From Bacteroidales bacterium (lineage in GTDB: Bacteria; Bacteroidota; Bacteroidia; Bacteroidales; WCHB1-69): a stretch of DNA of 64,000 nucleotides. Position 1 is the first letter of the stretch; the number at the start of each line of letters is the position of its first letter. Made by a program: the position numbers and the translations under genes. Below are positions 8,921-17,411 of this stretch, one piece after another. The stretch spans positions 60,505-124,504 of the forward strand of contig JAFTCA010000013.1 of assembly GCA_017454945.1 (NCBI GenBank), given 5' to 3'. The notes below the pieces were generated by a model. The model searched no databases. It was not told the origin of the DNA and was given only the letters and a program-made list of their open reading frames with translations.

Positions 8921-10640
8921 GTCCCATATCATGAATGATGTTCTGGATTTTGGCAGACAGTCTTTCTGAAGTCTGCTCGAAATCGTCCTTGACGCCAAAA
9001 GCCTCTTTCACACCAAAATAGAACTTGATTTTCGGCTCTGTGCCCGACGGGCGCACGGTGATTTTGCTGCCATCGGCTGTGAAGAATTGCAACACGTCGG
9101 ATACGGGCAGCGTGAGCGGAGTGTCGGTTTTTTGCAGCAGGTCGTGCGATTTGCGCAGCTTGAAGTCGTTGATTTTGATGACGGGAGAGCCGTTAATCTC
9201 TTTCGGCGGATTGGTGCGGAATTTCTCCATCATGGCATTGATTTCCTCTTTGCCCGAGATGCCTTTCTTTGTTATCGATAAAAGGTCCTCCTTATAAAAA
9301 CCGTATTGGCGGTAAATGTCTGCCAATAAGTCGAATAGCGTCTTGCCTTCGTTGTAGCACGTGGCGGCCATTTCGGCAATCATACAACAGGAGGAGACGG
9401 AATCTTTGTCGCGTACAAAGTCGCCAACCAGATAGCCGCAACTCTCTTCGCCGCCGCCGATGAAGAGTTTCTTGCCTTCCAACTCCTTGATTTTCTTGGC
9501 AATATACTTGAAGCCGGTGAGTACATCGTAGCACTCCACGTCATAGTGGGTTGCCATATCTTTTATCAGTTCAGTGGTGACGATGGTCTTGACCATAAAC
9601 TCCTTGCCAGTGAGTTTGTTATGTGCTTTCCACTGGGAAAGGAGATAGTGCATCAGCAGGCTGCCGGTCATGTTGCCGTTGAGCAGTTCCATTTTACCGT
9701 GATTGTTGCGGGCGGCAATGGCTACGCGGTCGGCATCGGGGTCGGTGGCCAATATCAGGTCGGCGCCCGTCTCTTCGGCTTGCTTCAGGGCGATGGTGAG
9801 GGCGGTTTTCTCTTCGGGGTTGGGCGAAACAACGGTCGGGAAGTTGCCGTCGGGCGTGCTCTGCTCGGCCACAATATGTACATTTTTGAAGCCAAACATC
9901 TCTAACGCTCTGGGAACCATAGTGATACCTGTTCCGTGCAGCGGCGTGTACACTATCTTGAAGTTCTCGGCTTGCTGGATGGCTTGCGGATTGAGCGACA
10001 ATGCTGCAATGTGCTCTAAATAAGGCGTGTCCACTTCTTTGTTGATGAATTTGACCAGTTCAGGATTACGATTCAGCAGCACTTTGCGCGATTGGATCAC
10101 TTTGGCCACTTCGTCAATTACCTGATGGTCATAGGGTGGCACCAGCTGACCGCCGTCCTGCCAATAGGCTTTGTAGCCGTTGTATTCCTTGGGGTTGTGC
10201 GAGGCCGTGATGACAACTCCCGCATGGCAATGCAGATGTCGCACGGCAAACGATAGTTCGGGTGTAGGACGCAGACTATCAAATAGATAACAGAAGATAC
10301 CATTGGCCGACAGTACATCTGCGGTGATGTCGGCAAATTGTCGACTGTTGTTGCGTGAATCGTAAGCAACAACCACTTTGATGGGCTCATTGGGGAAGTT
10401 TATCTTCAAGAAGTTGGCCAAGCCTTGGGTGGCATTGGCTACCGTGTAGCGGTTCATTCGGTTGCAGCCGACGCCCATTATGCCGCGCAGTCCTCCCGTG
10501 CCAAATTCGAGGTCTTTGTAGAATGCGTCGCGCAGCTCTTCTGGATTTTCCCGCATCAGTCGGCGGATTTCACTTTTGGTAGCTTCGTCATAGTTGCCGT
10601 TAAGCCATTGATCAATTTGATTCTGAATAGTCTGTTCCAT
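8913..10640 (-). CDS. Phospho-sugar mutase (phosphoglucomutase/phosphomannomutase family)
   Basis: Active-site loop TASHNPKEYNGYK, metal loop ATDPDADR, 575 aa. Its 3' end overlaps trmB by 8 nt (convergent). Confidence 0.85.
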   Translation of the reverse strand: MEQTIQNQIDQWLNGNYDEATKSEIRRLMRENPEELRDAFYKDLEFGTGGLRGIMGVGCNRMNRYTVANATQGLANFLKINFPNEPIKVVVAYDSRNNSRQFADITADVLSANGIFCYLFDSLRPTPELSFAVRHLHCHAGVVITASHNPKEYNGYKAYWQDGGQLVPPYDHQVIDEVAKVIQSRKVLLNRNPELVKFINKEVDTPYLEHIAALSLNPQAIQQAENFKIVYTPLHGTGITMVPRALEMFGFKNVHIVAEQSTPDGNFPTVVSPNPEEKTALTIALKQAEETGADLILATDPDADRVAIAARNNHGKMELLNGNMTGSLLMHYLLSQWKAHNKLTGKEFMVKTIVTTELIKDMATHYDVECYDVLTGFKYIAKKIKELEGKKLFIGGGEESCGYLVGDFVRDKDSVSSCCMIAEMAATCYNEGKTLFDLLADIYRQYGFYKEDLLSITKKGISGKEEINAMMEKFRTNPPKEINGSPVIKINDFKLRKSHDLLQKTDTPLTLPVSDVLQFFTADGSKITVRPSGTEPKIKFYFGVKEAFGVKDDFEQTSERLSAKIQNIIHDMGLK

Positions 10641-10740
10641 TGTTTGAAATTTTCCACAAAGTTAAAAAAAATAATGGTTGTAATTGTCCGTTACTATTTT
10701 TCTGGAAAAGAGAACTTCGCTGATATGGCATTATTTTTAT

Positions 10741-10748
10741 TATCTTTG
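10741..10748 (+). promoter_or_regulatory. Bacteroidota -7 promoter box
   Basis: TATCTTTG, 17 nt upstream of the ATG at 10765. Confidence 0.5.
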
Positions 10749-10764
10749 TAGCCAAATTGTTGTT

Positions 10765-11856
10765 ATGCTCCGAAAAAGTCTGTTTTGCTGGGCTGTGGTA
10801 TCTTGCTTCGTGCTGTCCTTGATGGGGCAGACAGGTGGTAGGAGCGTCTATAATTTTTTGAGTTTTAGCACTTCCTGTCGTGAAGCGGCATTGGGTGGCG
10901 GCCTCATCTCGGTGCGCGATGACGATCCGTCCATGCTCTTCAACAATCCCTCGTCCATCAGTCCTGACCATCACACGTCGCTGCTGGCCAATATTACCGA
11001 TTATTTTTCCAATGCTGCCTATGGCTCAGCGCTTTACTCGCACACTTTCAACAAGGTGGGCAGCATGGCTTTTGGTATGCAGTTTGCCAGTTATGGCAAG
11101 TTTGAAGGGCGCGACAATGTGGGCAATGAGACGGGCAGCTTCACCGCTGGCGATTATGCCATTTACTGGGGCTGGGGTAGGCGGCTCGACAGCTGTTTCT
11201 CCATCGGCGCGGCGCTGAAGCTGGTCTATTCGGGCTACGAAAGTTACCATTCGTTTGGCTTTGCCACCGATGTGGCGGCTTCGTATTACAACGCCAAACG
11301 CCGCCTGTCGCTGACGTTGATGGTGAAGAATCTTGGCTCGCAACTGAAGCCTTACACGCCCGGCCGCTATGAGCCGCTGCCGTTTGATTTGCAGTTTGCC
11401 TTGTCGCAGCGATTGGCGCATCTTCCTGTGCGCTACCACATTTCACTGCATTCACTCTACCGCTGGAATATGATAGATGTGCGTTCGTACGAGCCGTTCC
11501 TTGAAAAGGACGCCATGACCGGCGAGTTGCACTATCCCAACAAGGCCGCCCGCTTTTTCGATAACTTCTTCCGTCATGTGATTGTGGGTATCGAGATTAT
11601 CCCCGTCAAGTATCTGTCGCTGTTTGTATCCTACAACCACCAGCGTCATCAGGAGATGAAGATACCGCAGGGCAAGTCGTTGGCGGGTTTCTCGTATGGT
11701 TTTATGGTGAATATCCATTCCATCCGTATCGGCTTCTCGCGCGCACACTTTGCCCCGGGAGCCACGCCCAACTATTTCACTTTCGCAGCCAACATAAGCG
11801 AACTTTCAGATTTGTCGAAGGAAAAGAAAATCAAGAAATTAGAACGACTTAATTAA
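10765..11856 (+). CDS. porQ: Type IX secretion system outer-membrane protein, PorQ-like
   Basis: Signal peptide MLRKSLFCWAVVSCFVLSLMGQ followed by GGRSVYNFLSFSTSCREAALGGG...DDDPSMLFNNPS, which I recognise as the PorQ-family N-terminal signature. Beta-barrel-like composition. Start at 10765, after the TATCTTTG box at 10741. Confidence 0.55.
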   Translation: MLRKSLFCWAVVSCFVLSLMGQTGGRSVYNFLSFSTSCREAALGGGLISVRDDDPSMLFNNPSSISPDHHTSLLANITDYFSNAAYGSALYSHTFNKVGSMAFGMQFASYGKFEGRDNVGNETGSFTAGDYAIYWGWGRRLDSCFSIGAALKLVYSGYESYHSFGFATDVAASYYNAKRRLSLTLMVKNLGSQLKPYTPGRYEPLPFDLQFALSQRLAHLPVRYHISLHSLYRWNMIDVRSYEPFLEKDAMTGELHYPNKAARFFDNFFRHVIVGIEIIPVKYLSLFVSYNHQRHQEMKIPQGKSLAGFSYGFMVNIHSIRIGFSRAHFAPGATPNYFTFAANISELSDLSKEKKIKKLERLN

Positions 11857-11863
11857 AGCAGAT

Positions 11864-13087
11864 ATGTATATACCATTCTCACCGCCTCGCATTGATGACC
11901 GCACCATAGAAGAGGTGACTGCGGCGCTCAGGTCGGGGTGGATAACTACGGGGCCACGTACCAAAAAACTGGAAAAAATGATTGCCGACTATTGCCATGT
12001 GCCACAGGTACTCTGTGTCAGTTCGGCCTCAGCCGGCTTGGAGCTGATGCTGCACTGGTTCGGTGTAAAGGAAGGTGACGAGGTGATTGTGCCGGCTTAC
12101 ACTTATTGTGCAACGGCCAATGTGGTAGTGCATTGCGGTGCCACACCCGTGATGGTGGATGTGAACGACGACTTCCTGATTAATGTGGAGAATATCCGTA
12201 AGGCTATTACTCCGCGCACCAAGGTGGTGATACCCGTTGATATTGCAGGCTATCCGTGTGATTATGAGTTGATTAATGCGTTGGTTGCCGAGCCGGAAGT
12301 GCGAGCCCTGTTCCAGCCTCAAACGCCCGAACAGCATCAGTTGGGTCGCATTCTGGTGCTATCCGATGCAGCCCATTCCATTGGAGCTCAGTATCATGGC
12401 CGCAAGACGGGCAGCCTTACCGATGTGTCGGTGTTCTCGTTCCATGCGGTGAAGAACCTGACCACGGCCGAAGGTGGAGCCATCTGCCTCAATTTGCCTG
12501 CTCCTTTTGATTTGGAAGCGTTGTATAAATATTTATGTACAAAATCATTACACGGGCAGTCGAAGGATGCGTTGGCCAAAACTCAGATTGGCAACTGGCG
12601 CTACGATGTGCTCGAGGCGGGCTACAAGTGCAATATGACCGATGTGCTGGCAGCTATTGGCTTAGTGGAGATGGAACGTTATGAAGAGGATATGCTGCCA
12701 CGCCGTAAGGCTATCTTTAATGCTTATACTGAGGCGTTTAAGGATGATGAACGCTTTCAGGTTCCCGAATACGAGACGGCGCAAAGAGTCTCCTCGTACC
12801 ATGTTTATCCTTTGCGTATAAAAAATATTACAGAGGTGCAGCGCGATGCCATTATGCAAGCTATTTTTAAACGTGAAGTGTCTGTAAATGTGCATTTTAT
12901 TCCTCTGCCTATGCTGACTTGCTACAAGAATATGGGCTATAAGATAGAGGATTATCCCGTGGCGTACGACAACTACTCGCGCGAGATCAGTTTGCCCGTA
13001 TATTACAATCTCACCGACGAGCAAGTGGCGTTTGTGATAGATGCGGTTAAAGCGGCAGTGGAGGTAGAAGTGAAAACTGAAAATTGA
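11864..13087 (+). CDS. DegT/DnrJ/EryC1/StrS-family PLP-dependent sugar aminotransferase
   Basis: Family-typical N-terminus and the PLP-lysine context FSFHAVKNLTTAEGGAI. The stop codon lies inside a GAAAACTGAAAATT tandem array. Confidence 0.85.
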   Translation: MYIPFSPPRIDDRTIEEVTAALRSGWITTGPRTKKLEKMIADYCHVPQVLCVSSASAGLELMLHWFGVKEGDEVIVPAYTYCATANVVVHCGATPVMVDVNDDFLINVENIRKAITPRTKVVIPVDIAGYPCDYELINALVAEPEVRALFQPQTPEQHQLGRILVLSDAAHSIGAQYHGRKTGSLTDVSVFSFHAVKNLTTAEGGAICLNLPAPFDLEALYKYLCTKSLHGQSKDALAKTQIGNWRYDVLEAGYKCNMTDVLAAIGLVEMERYEEDMLPRRKAIFNAYTEAFKDDERFQVPEYETAQRVSSYHVYPLRIKNITEVQRDAIMQAIFKREVSVNVHFIPLPMLTCYKNMGYKIEDYPVAYDNYSREISLPVYYNLTDEQVAFVIDAVKAAVEVEVKTEN

Positions 13088-13100
13088 AAACTGAAAATTG
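13072..13100. repeat. Tandem array, 2 x GAAAACTGAAAATT
   Basis: Read directly. Contains the aminotransferase stop codon (13085-13087). Confidence 0.9.
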
Positions 13101-13186
13101 TAGAGGCCAAAATGTTTTTCCTCTGCGCGAGGAGTTAAGACGAACTCTTAACTTTTTAATCTTTCCGTTGAGAAGGGAATTATCCT

Positions 13187-13194
13187 TATCTTTG
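13187..13194 (+). promoter_or_regulatory. Bacteroidota -7 promoter box
   Basis: TATCTTTG, 24 nt upstream of the ATG at 13218. Confidence 0.5.
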
Positions 13195-13217
13195 TGGCAG
13201 AAAAAGTCTTAAATCGT

Positions 13218-13556
13218 ATGAAAAAACTGATTCTTTTACTGGTTTTTGCGCTTGCCGGTGCATTTGCCGCCTCTGCGCAAACTGTCTATTCGGCTCAATA
13301 TAAGAGCGATGCCGATGTCAAGGTCTATGTTACCCAATACAAGAGTGACGCCGACTTGGTGGTGTATAAGTGTTCCTACAAGTCGGATGCGCAAGACAAC
13401 AAAGGTCTTTGGTATTTCGCCCAGTATAAGAGTGATGCTAAGAAAGTTATCTATTTTGTTGACTATAAGTCCGATGCCGACTTAGTAATCTATTTCTCTG
13501 AATATAAGAGCGATGCGGGTTGGCGCAACAATTCAAAGAAACATTTGATGTATTAA
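13218..13556 (+). CDS. Small secreted tandem-repeat protein (six YKSDA repeats)
   Basis: Signal peptide MKKLILLLVFALAGAFAASAQ, then six copies of (Q/x)YKSDA(D/K/Q/G) spaced 13-15 aa apart. TATCTTTG box at 13187. Confidence 0.6.
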   Translation: MKKLILLLVFALAGAFAASAQTVYSAQYKSDADVKVYVTQYKSDADLVVYKCSYKSDAQDNKGLWYFAQYKSDAKKVIYFVDYKSDADLVIYFSEYKSDAGWRNNSKKHLMY

Positions 13557-13567
13557 GGAAAACGCGG

Positions 13568-13978
13568 TTATCGCTGGCAGCGATAATGCCATGAAGCACC
13601 AGCACCAGGACTAGCTTGATTGCATTCAAAGTCCAAACTGTCAGGAACGATGAAGCGGCCTCGGAAAGATCTGTAGCTTTGATTGCTCTCTACCAAGGTG
13701 AGTTTACCGTCCTCTGCCACAGTGCATTGCCATGTCTTTGCAGAATCAGGCAATAGTGCTATAAAAACACCCTCTTTGCCTTTGATGTATGATACTTGAA
13801 GGTCACCATTGGACACGTAAGTTGTGTCATATTCATTTCCTGGTCCAGCCCATGCAGACACATTTACAATGTAATGATAGGTTCCAACCCATTTTTTACC
13901 AGGGTCGTTGTCTTTATTGCAAGATGCTGTCAATAAACCTATTATGCATATAAACAAAAAATATTTTTTCATAAGCAT
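13568..13978 (-). CDS. Small lipoprotein, function unknown
   Basis: Lipobox LLTASC after a hydrophobic N-terminus. 136 aa, no recognisable catalytic motif. Confidence 0.5.
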   Translation of the reverse strand: MLMKKYFLFICIIGLLTASCNKDNDPGKKWVGTYHYIVNVSAWAGPGNEYDTTYVSNGDLQVSYIKGKEGVFIALLPDSAKTWQCTVAEDGKLTLVESNQSYRSFRGRFIVPDSLDFECNQASPGAGASWHYRCQR

Positions 13979-14099
13979 GGATTTTTGCGGTCAAAATAAC
14001 AAAATAAATCAATATGATGAGCCAGTTACCTGAAACTCTCACCTTTTTTTGTATTTTTACAACTTGTTTTTTGAATAATCAAACCTATTTATTTTGAAT

Positions 14100-14501
14100 A
14101 TGGAACAAGACTTAATACCGAAGCCCATAGACATCGAGCTGCTATGGACAATAAAATCCATAAAACCAAATATGGAACAAGACAATATTAAGTTGTTACC
14201 CTTGGAAGATCTTATAAATGCTCTTGAAGAAAAAGGTATTGAGTATGATCGAGGGGATATTGCTAATGCTTATTTTCCTTTGAAAGATGTGAAGGTATGC
14301 ATGAATAGTGAAGTGGAAGTGTCAGAAATGATGCATTCTCGCTCTTGTCCATTATGCGGAAAACCGTCAAAGGAGTTAAAATGGATTTATTTCCGTTCTC
14401 CCGAATGGACATGGAAGAATTTATGTGGCTGGGCTGGCCCCTTGTCTATATGCCCGGATTGTGGGTGTTTGGTGGAGTTTATCATGCATATGATGAGTTA
14501 A
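14100..14501 (+). CDS. Hypothetical protein with C-terminal CxxC...CxxC zinc-ribbon-like motif
   Basis: ORF 14094..14501, first ATG at 14100. CPLCGKP...x27...CPDCGC. AT-rich gene. Confidence 0.4.
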   Translation: MEQDLIPKPIDIELLWTIKSIKPNMEQDNIKLLPLEDLINALEEKGIEYDRGDIANAYFPLKDVKVCMNSEVEVSEMMHSRSCPLCGKPSKELKWIYFRSPEWTWKNLCGWAGPLSICPDCGCLVEFIMHMMS

Positions 14502-14512
14502 TTAATTGAACG

Positions 14513-15400
14513 ATGAATAGAGAGCGAGAGATTTACAAAGTTACTTTGGTGGGCGGCCTGGTCAATGTGCTGCTGCTTGTCTTCAAGTTTGTGGCGGGCA
14601 TTGTGGGGCACAGCGCGGCAATGATGGCCGATGCGGTCCACTCGTTGTCCGATTTTGTGACGGATATCATCGTATTGGTCTTTGTTAAAATAAGTTGCAA
14701 GCCTAAAGATAAATCGCACGATTATGGCCATGGCAAGTACGAGACGTTGGCGCTGACCATTATTGGCATTGCACTCATGGCGGTGGCCATAGGCATTATT
14801 GTCAAAGGGGCGATGAAGATTGTGGCATGGATTCATGGCGAGACACTTGCTGCGCCGGGCATGCTGGCTTTCTGGGCAGCCGTGGTCTCCATTGTTTTAA
14901 AAGAGGCGGTTTATCGCTATTCCATATTCAAGGCGCGCAAGCTGGATTCTAAAGCGGTGGAGGCCAATGCATGGCACCATCGCAGCGATGCGCTTTCGTC
15001 GGTGGGCACAGCTGTTGGTATCGGCGGGGCTGTCTTCTTGGGCCAGCATTGGACCATTCTCGACCCGATAGCCTCCGTGGTAGTAGGCGCCTTCATCGTT
15101 AAGGTGGCTTTCGAGTTGCTCAAGAACGGCATCGGCGACCTGATGGAGCAGTCGCTGCCCGACAAGGTGGAGGATGAGATTGTGGCCATGGTGGCGGCTT
15201 TGCCGGGCGTTAGCGAGCCGCACAATTTGCGCACACGACGCATTGGTAACCATTATGCCATTGAAATCCATATTCTTATGGATGGTAATATCACGCTGTA
15301 TGAAGCCCACGACAAAGCCACGGAGATTGAAGAGATGTTGCGGCAGTGCTACGGCGCCGAAACGCATGTCGCCGTGCACGTGGAGCCGAAAGAGTTTTGA
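14513..15400 (+). CDS. Cation diffusion facilitator (CDF) family transporter
   Basis: Six TM helices, motifs HSLSDFVTD and HHRSDALSS, and a C-terminal cytoplasmic domain ending in HVEP. Confidence 0.85.
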   Translation: MNREREIYKVTLVGGLVNVLLLVFKFVAGIVGHSAAMMADAVHSLSDFVTDIIVLVFVKISCKPKDKSHDYGHGKYETLALTIIGIALMAVAIGIIVKGAMKIVAWIHGETLAAPGMLAFWAAVVSIVLKEAVYRYSIFKARKLDSKAVEANAWHHRSDALSSVGTAVGIGGAVFLGQHWTILDPIASVVVGAFIVKVAFELLKNGIGDLMEQSLPDKVEDEIVAMVAALPGVSEPHNLRTRRIGNHYAIEIHILMDGNITLYEAHDKATEIEEMLRQCYGAETHVAVHVEPKEF

Positions 15401-15418
15401 TGGAGAAATTTGTAAGCC

Positions 15419-15766
15419 ATGAACATCGAAGACTATCGCGATTTTTGCCTGTCATTGGGCACAGATGTGGAGGAGAAACTGCCGTTTGTCAAATTTAAGA
15501 GTGGCGAAGGGGTGCTGGTGTTTTACGTTTGTGGCCACATGTTCTCGTTTTTCGATTGCAACGACTTCTCGGTCATATCGCTCAAGTGCCAGCCGGAGCG
15601 CATAGATGAGCTGAAAGCGGAATACGACTGCGTTGGCAATCCCTACAACGAATCGCCCAAACATTGGATAGGCATTGATCCCAATACAGCCCCAAATGAG
15701 TTGTTATGCGACCTCACACGTAACTCGTACGAGATAGTGAAAGCGAAATATAGTAAGAAGCGCTAA
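15419..15766 (+). CDS. MmcQ/YjbR-family DNA-binding protein
   Basis: 115 aa. The N-terminus (IEDYRDFCLSLGTDVEEKLPF) and overall pattern match my memory of the YjbR family. Confidence 0.65.
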   Translation: MNIEDYRDFCLSLGTDVEEKLPFVKFKSGEGVLVFYVCGHMFSFFDCNDFSVISLKCQPERIDELKAEYDCVGNPYNESPKHWIGIDPNTAPNELLCDLTRNSYEIVKAKYSKKR

Positions 15767-16284
15767 AACGTGTACCTTACTCCGAAATTAAGTCCCCAGT
15801 CGAAACAAAATTCGCCGAAGTATTGGTTGAAGGCGCCTCGAAAGCCTGGACGGAAGTCGAACTGTAAGGTGAGAGGAATGTTGAACTTGTATTCCAGTCC
15901 AAAGAAGCCGTTGACGCCGCCTTTGAGATTGATATTGCTGGATTGCATCCCGTAAGCATCATAGTACGTGTATCTTTTCAAAGCATACCCCCAGCTGATA
16001 CCACCGCCCACGAAGCCGTACAGATTGCCTGTAAGGCGCCCCTCATACATCAAGTTGGGAGCCAACTCGAGCGACCATAAATGATTGCCATACACATAAC
16101 AATATTTGGAGCCTAAATCGATTTGGAGGGCGAAATGGTTCGTGGGGAAAGTCTTGTACGACAAGGCCTGTGTGGTGCCGAGCGTTGCGCCGAGGCTATG
16201 CCGGTAGGGCGCTTGAGCATGGAGTGGCAACGAAGCCCCTACAAATAGTAAGATATACAGAAGGATAAGGCCGCTTCTTCTCAT
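15763..16284 (-). CDS. Small outer-membrane beta-barrel protein
   Basis: Signal peptide ending LHAQA, alternating aromatic/Gly beta-strand pattern, C-terminal GVRYTF. Confidence 0.6.
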   Translation of the reverse strand: MRRSGLILLYILLFVGASLPLHAQAPYRHSLGATLGTTQALSYKTFPTNHFALQIDLGSKYCYVYGNHLWSLELAPNLMYEGRLTGNLYGFVGGGISWGYALKRYTYYDAYGMQSSNINLKGGVNGFFGLEYKFNIPLTLQFDFRPGFRGAFNQYFGEFCFDWGLNFGVRYTF

Positions 16285-16412
16285 GATGTATTTTTACGAT
16301 TTTGATTGTCAGATGTTTACATGACTTTTTTCTTGTTGATAAATGAGCTTGTAAAAATACAAAATTTGAGGTCTTTTTTTGTATTTTCGCACTTTATAAA
16401 TTCTTATTGCGT

Positions 16413-17258
16413 ATGAAATCATTCAAACTTATACTGGTCGTTGCGGCCCTAACGTTGACGGCCGTTTCTTGCGGTCAGAAGAAAGAAACCCCTAAGGCAG
16501 AAGCCCCAAAAATGTTGGTTGTCTATTATTCTCAAACCTCCCATACCAAAGCTGTTGCTGAGGAGATTGCCAAACGCTTGAGCGCTGATATTGAGGAGAT
16601 TATTGCTGTGCAACCCTATGATGGCGATTTCCAGGCTACCGTTGAGCGTGGCAAGCAGGAGAGGGCAGAGGGCATTTTGCCTGACATTCAGCCTCTGACC
16701 AAGGATATAACTCAATATGATGTCATTTTCATCGGATTCCCGGTGTGGTTTGGCACGTATGCTCCGCCAGTGGCTACGTTTTTGGACCAAGTGGATTTAA
16801 GTGGCAAGAAGATTGTGCCTTTCTGCACGTTTGGTAGTGGTGGCTTGGAATCCAGTGTGAAGGATTTGGTTGTGGCAGAGCCCAATGCGGAGATACTGCC
16901 CGGCTATGGCGTTCGTGCTGCGCGTATGGAGGCTATGCCCAATGAGGTGGACCAATTTCTGAAAGCCAATGGTTTCCTTGAAGGCGACTTTGTGAAGTTG
17001 GAGGAATTTCCAGAGCAACATCCTGTAAATGAGGAAGAAGCCGCAGTGTTTAATGCGGCTGTGGATGGCTATCCGATGATCCATGCCGAAGCTAAAACGG
17101 TGGCCACTCGTGCCATTCCCGACGGTACGGAATATCTGTTCACTGCTGTCGATCTTTCTCGTGAGTGCAGACCGGATATGCCGCCGGCAGGAGAGATGAA
17201 GGTGTATGTTACCGTTACGAATGGTGCGGCTCCCGTATTTACAAAAGTTATACGATAG
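16413..17258 (+). CDS. Flavodoxin-domain lipoprotein with extra C-terminal domain
   Basis: Lipobox LTAVSC. Flavodoxin-like core (MLVVYYSQTSHTK...VIFIGFPVWFGTYAPP). ATG at 16413 (the track start at 16407 is TTG). Confidence 0.65.
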   Translation: MKSFKLILVVAALTLTAVSCGQKKETPKAEAPKMLVVYYSQTSHTKAVAEEIAKRLSADIEEIIAVQPYDGDFQATVERGKQERAEGILPDIQPLTKDITQYDVIFIGFPVWFGTYAPPVATFLDQVDLSGKKIVPFCTFGSGGLESSVKDLVVAEPNAEILPGYGVRAARMEAMPNEVDQFLKANGFLEGDFVKLEEFPEQHPVNEEEAAVFNAAVDGYPMIHAEAKTVATRAIPDGTEYLFTAVDLSRECRPDMPPAGEMKVYVTVTNGAAPVFTKVIR

Positions 17259-17411
17259 TTAAACATTTTGTTTTAGGAATGATAGAAGTCGTGGCGGCAA
17301 TAATGAGCTTGAAAAGAAGATAGTTTTTGATATATCGAATTTAATGTCATAACTTTGCGCGCGAAATCAAGCTAATCCCAGTTTGAAACGTTGGAAATAA
17401 TAACACGGTAG

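Noticed and set aside
13246-13485. A 79-aa alternate-frame ORF inside the YKSDA-repeat gene.
   Set aside because: It is a frame-shifted reading of the repeat DNA. The YKSDA frame has the signal peptide, the promoter box and protein-level repeat conservation.
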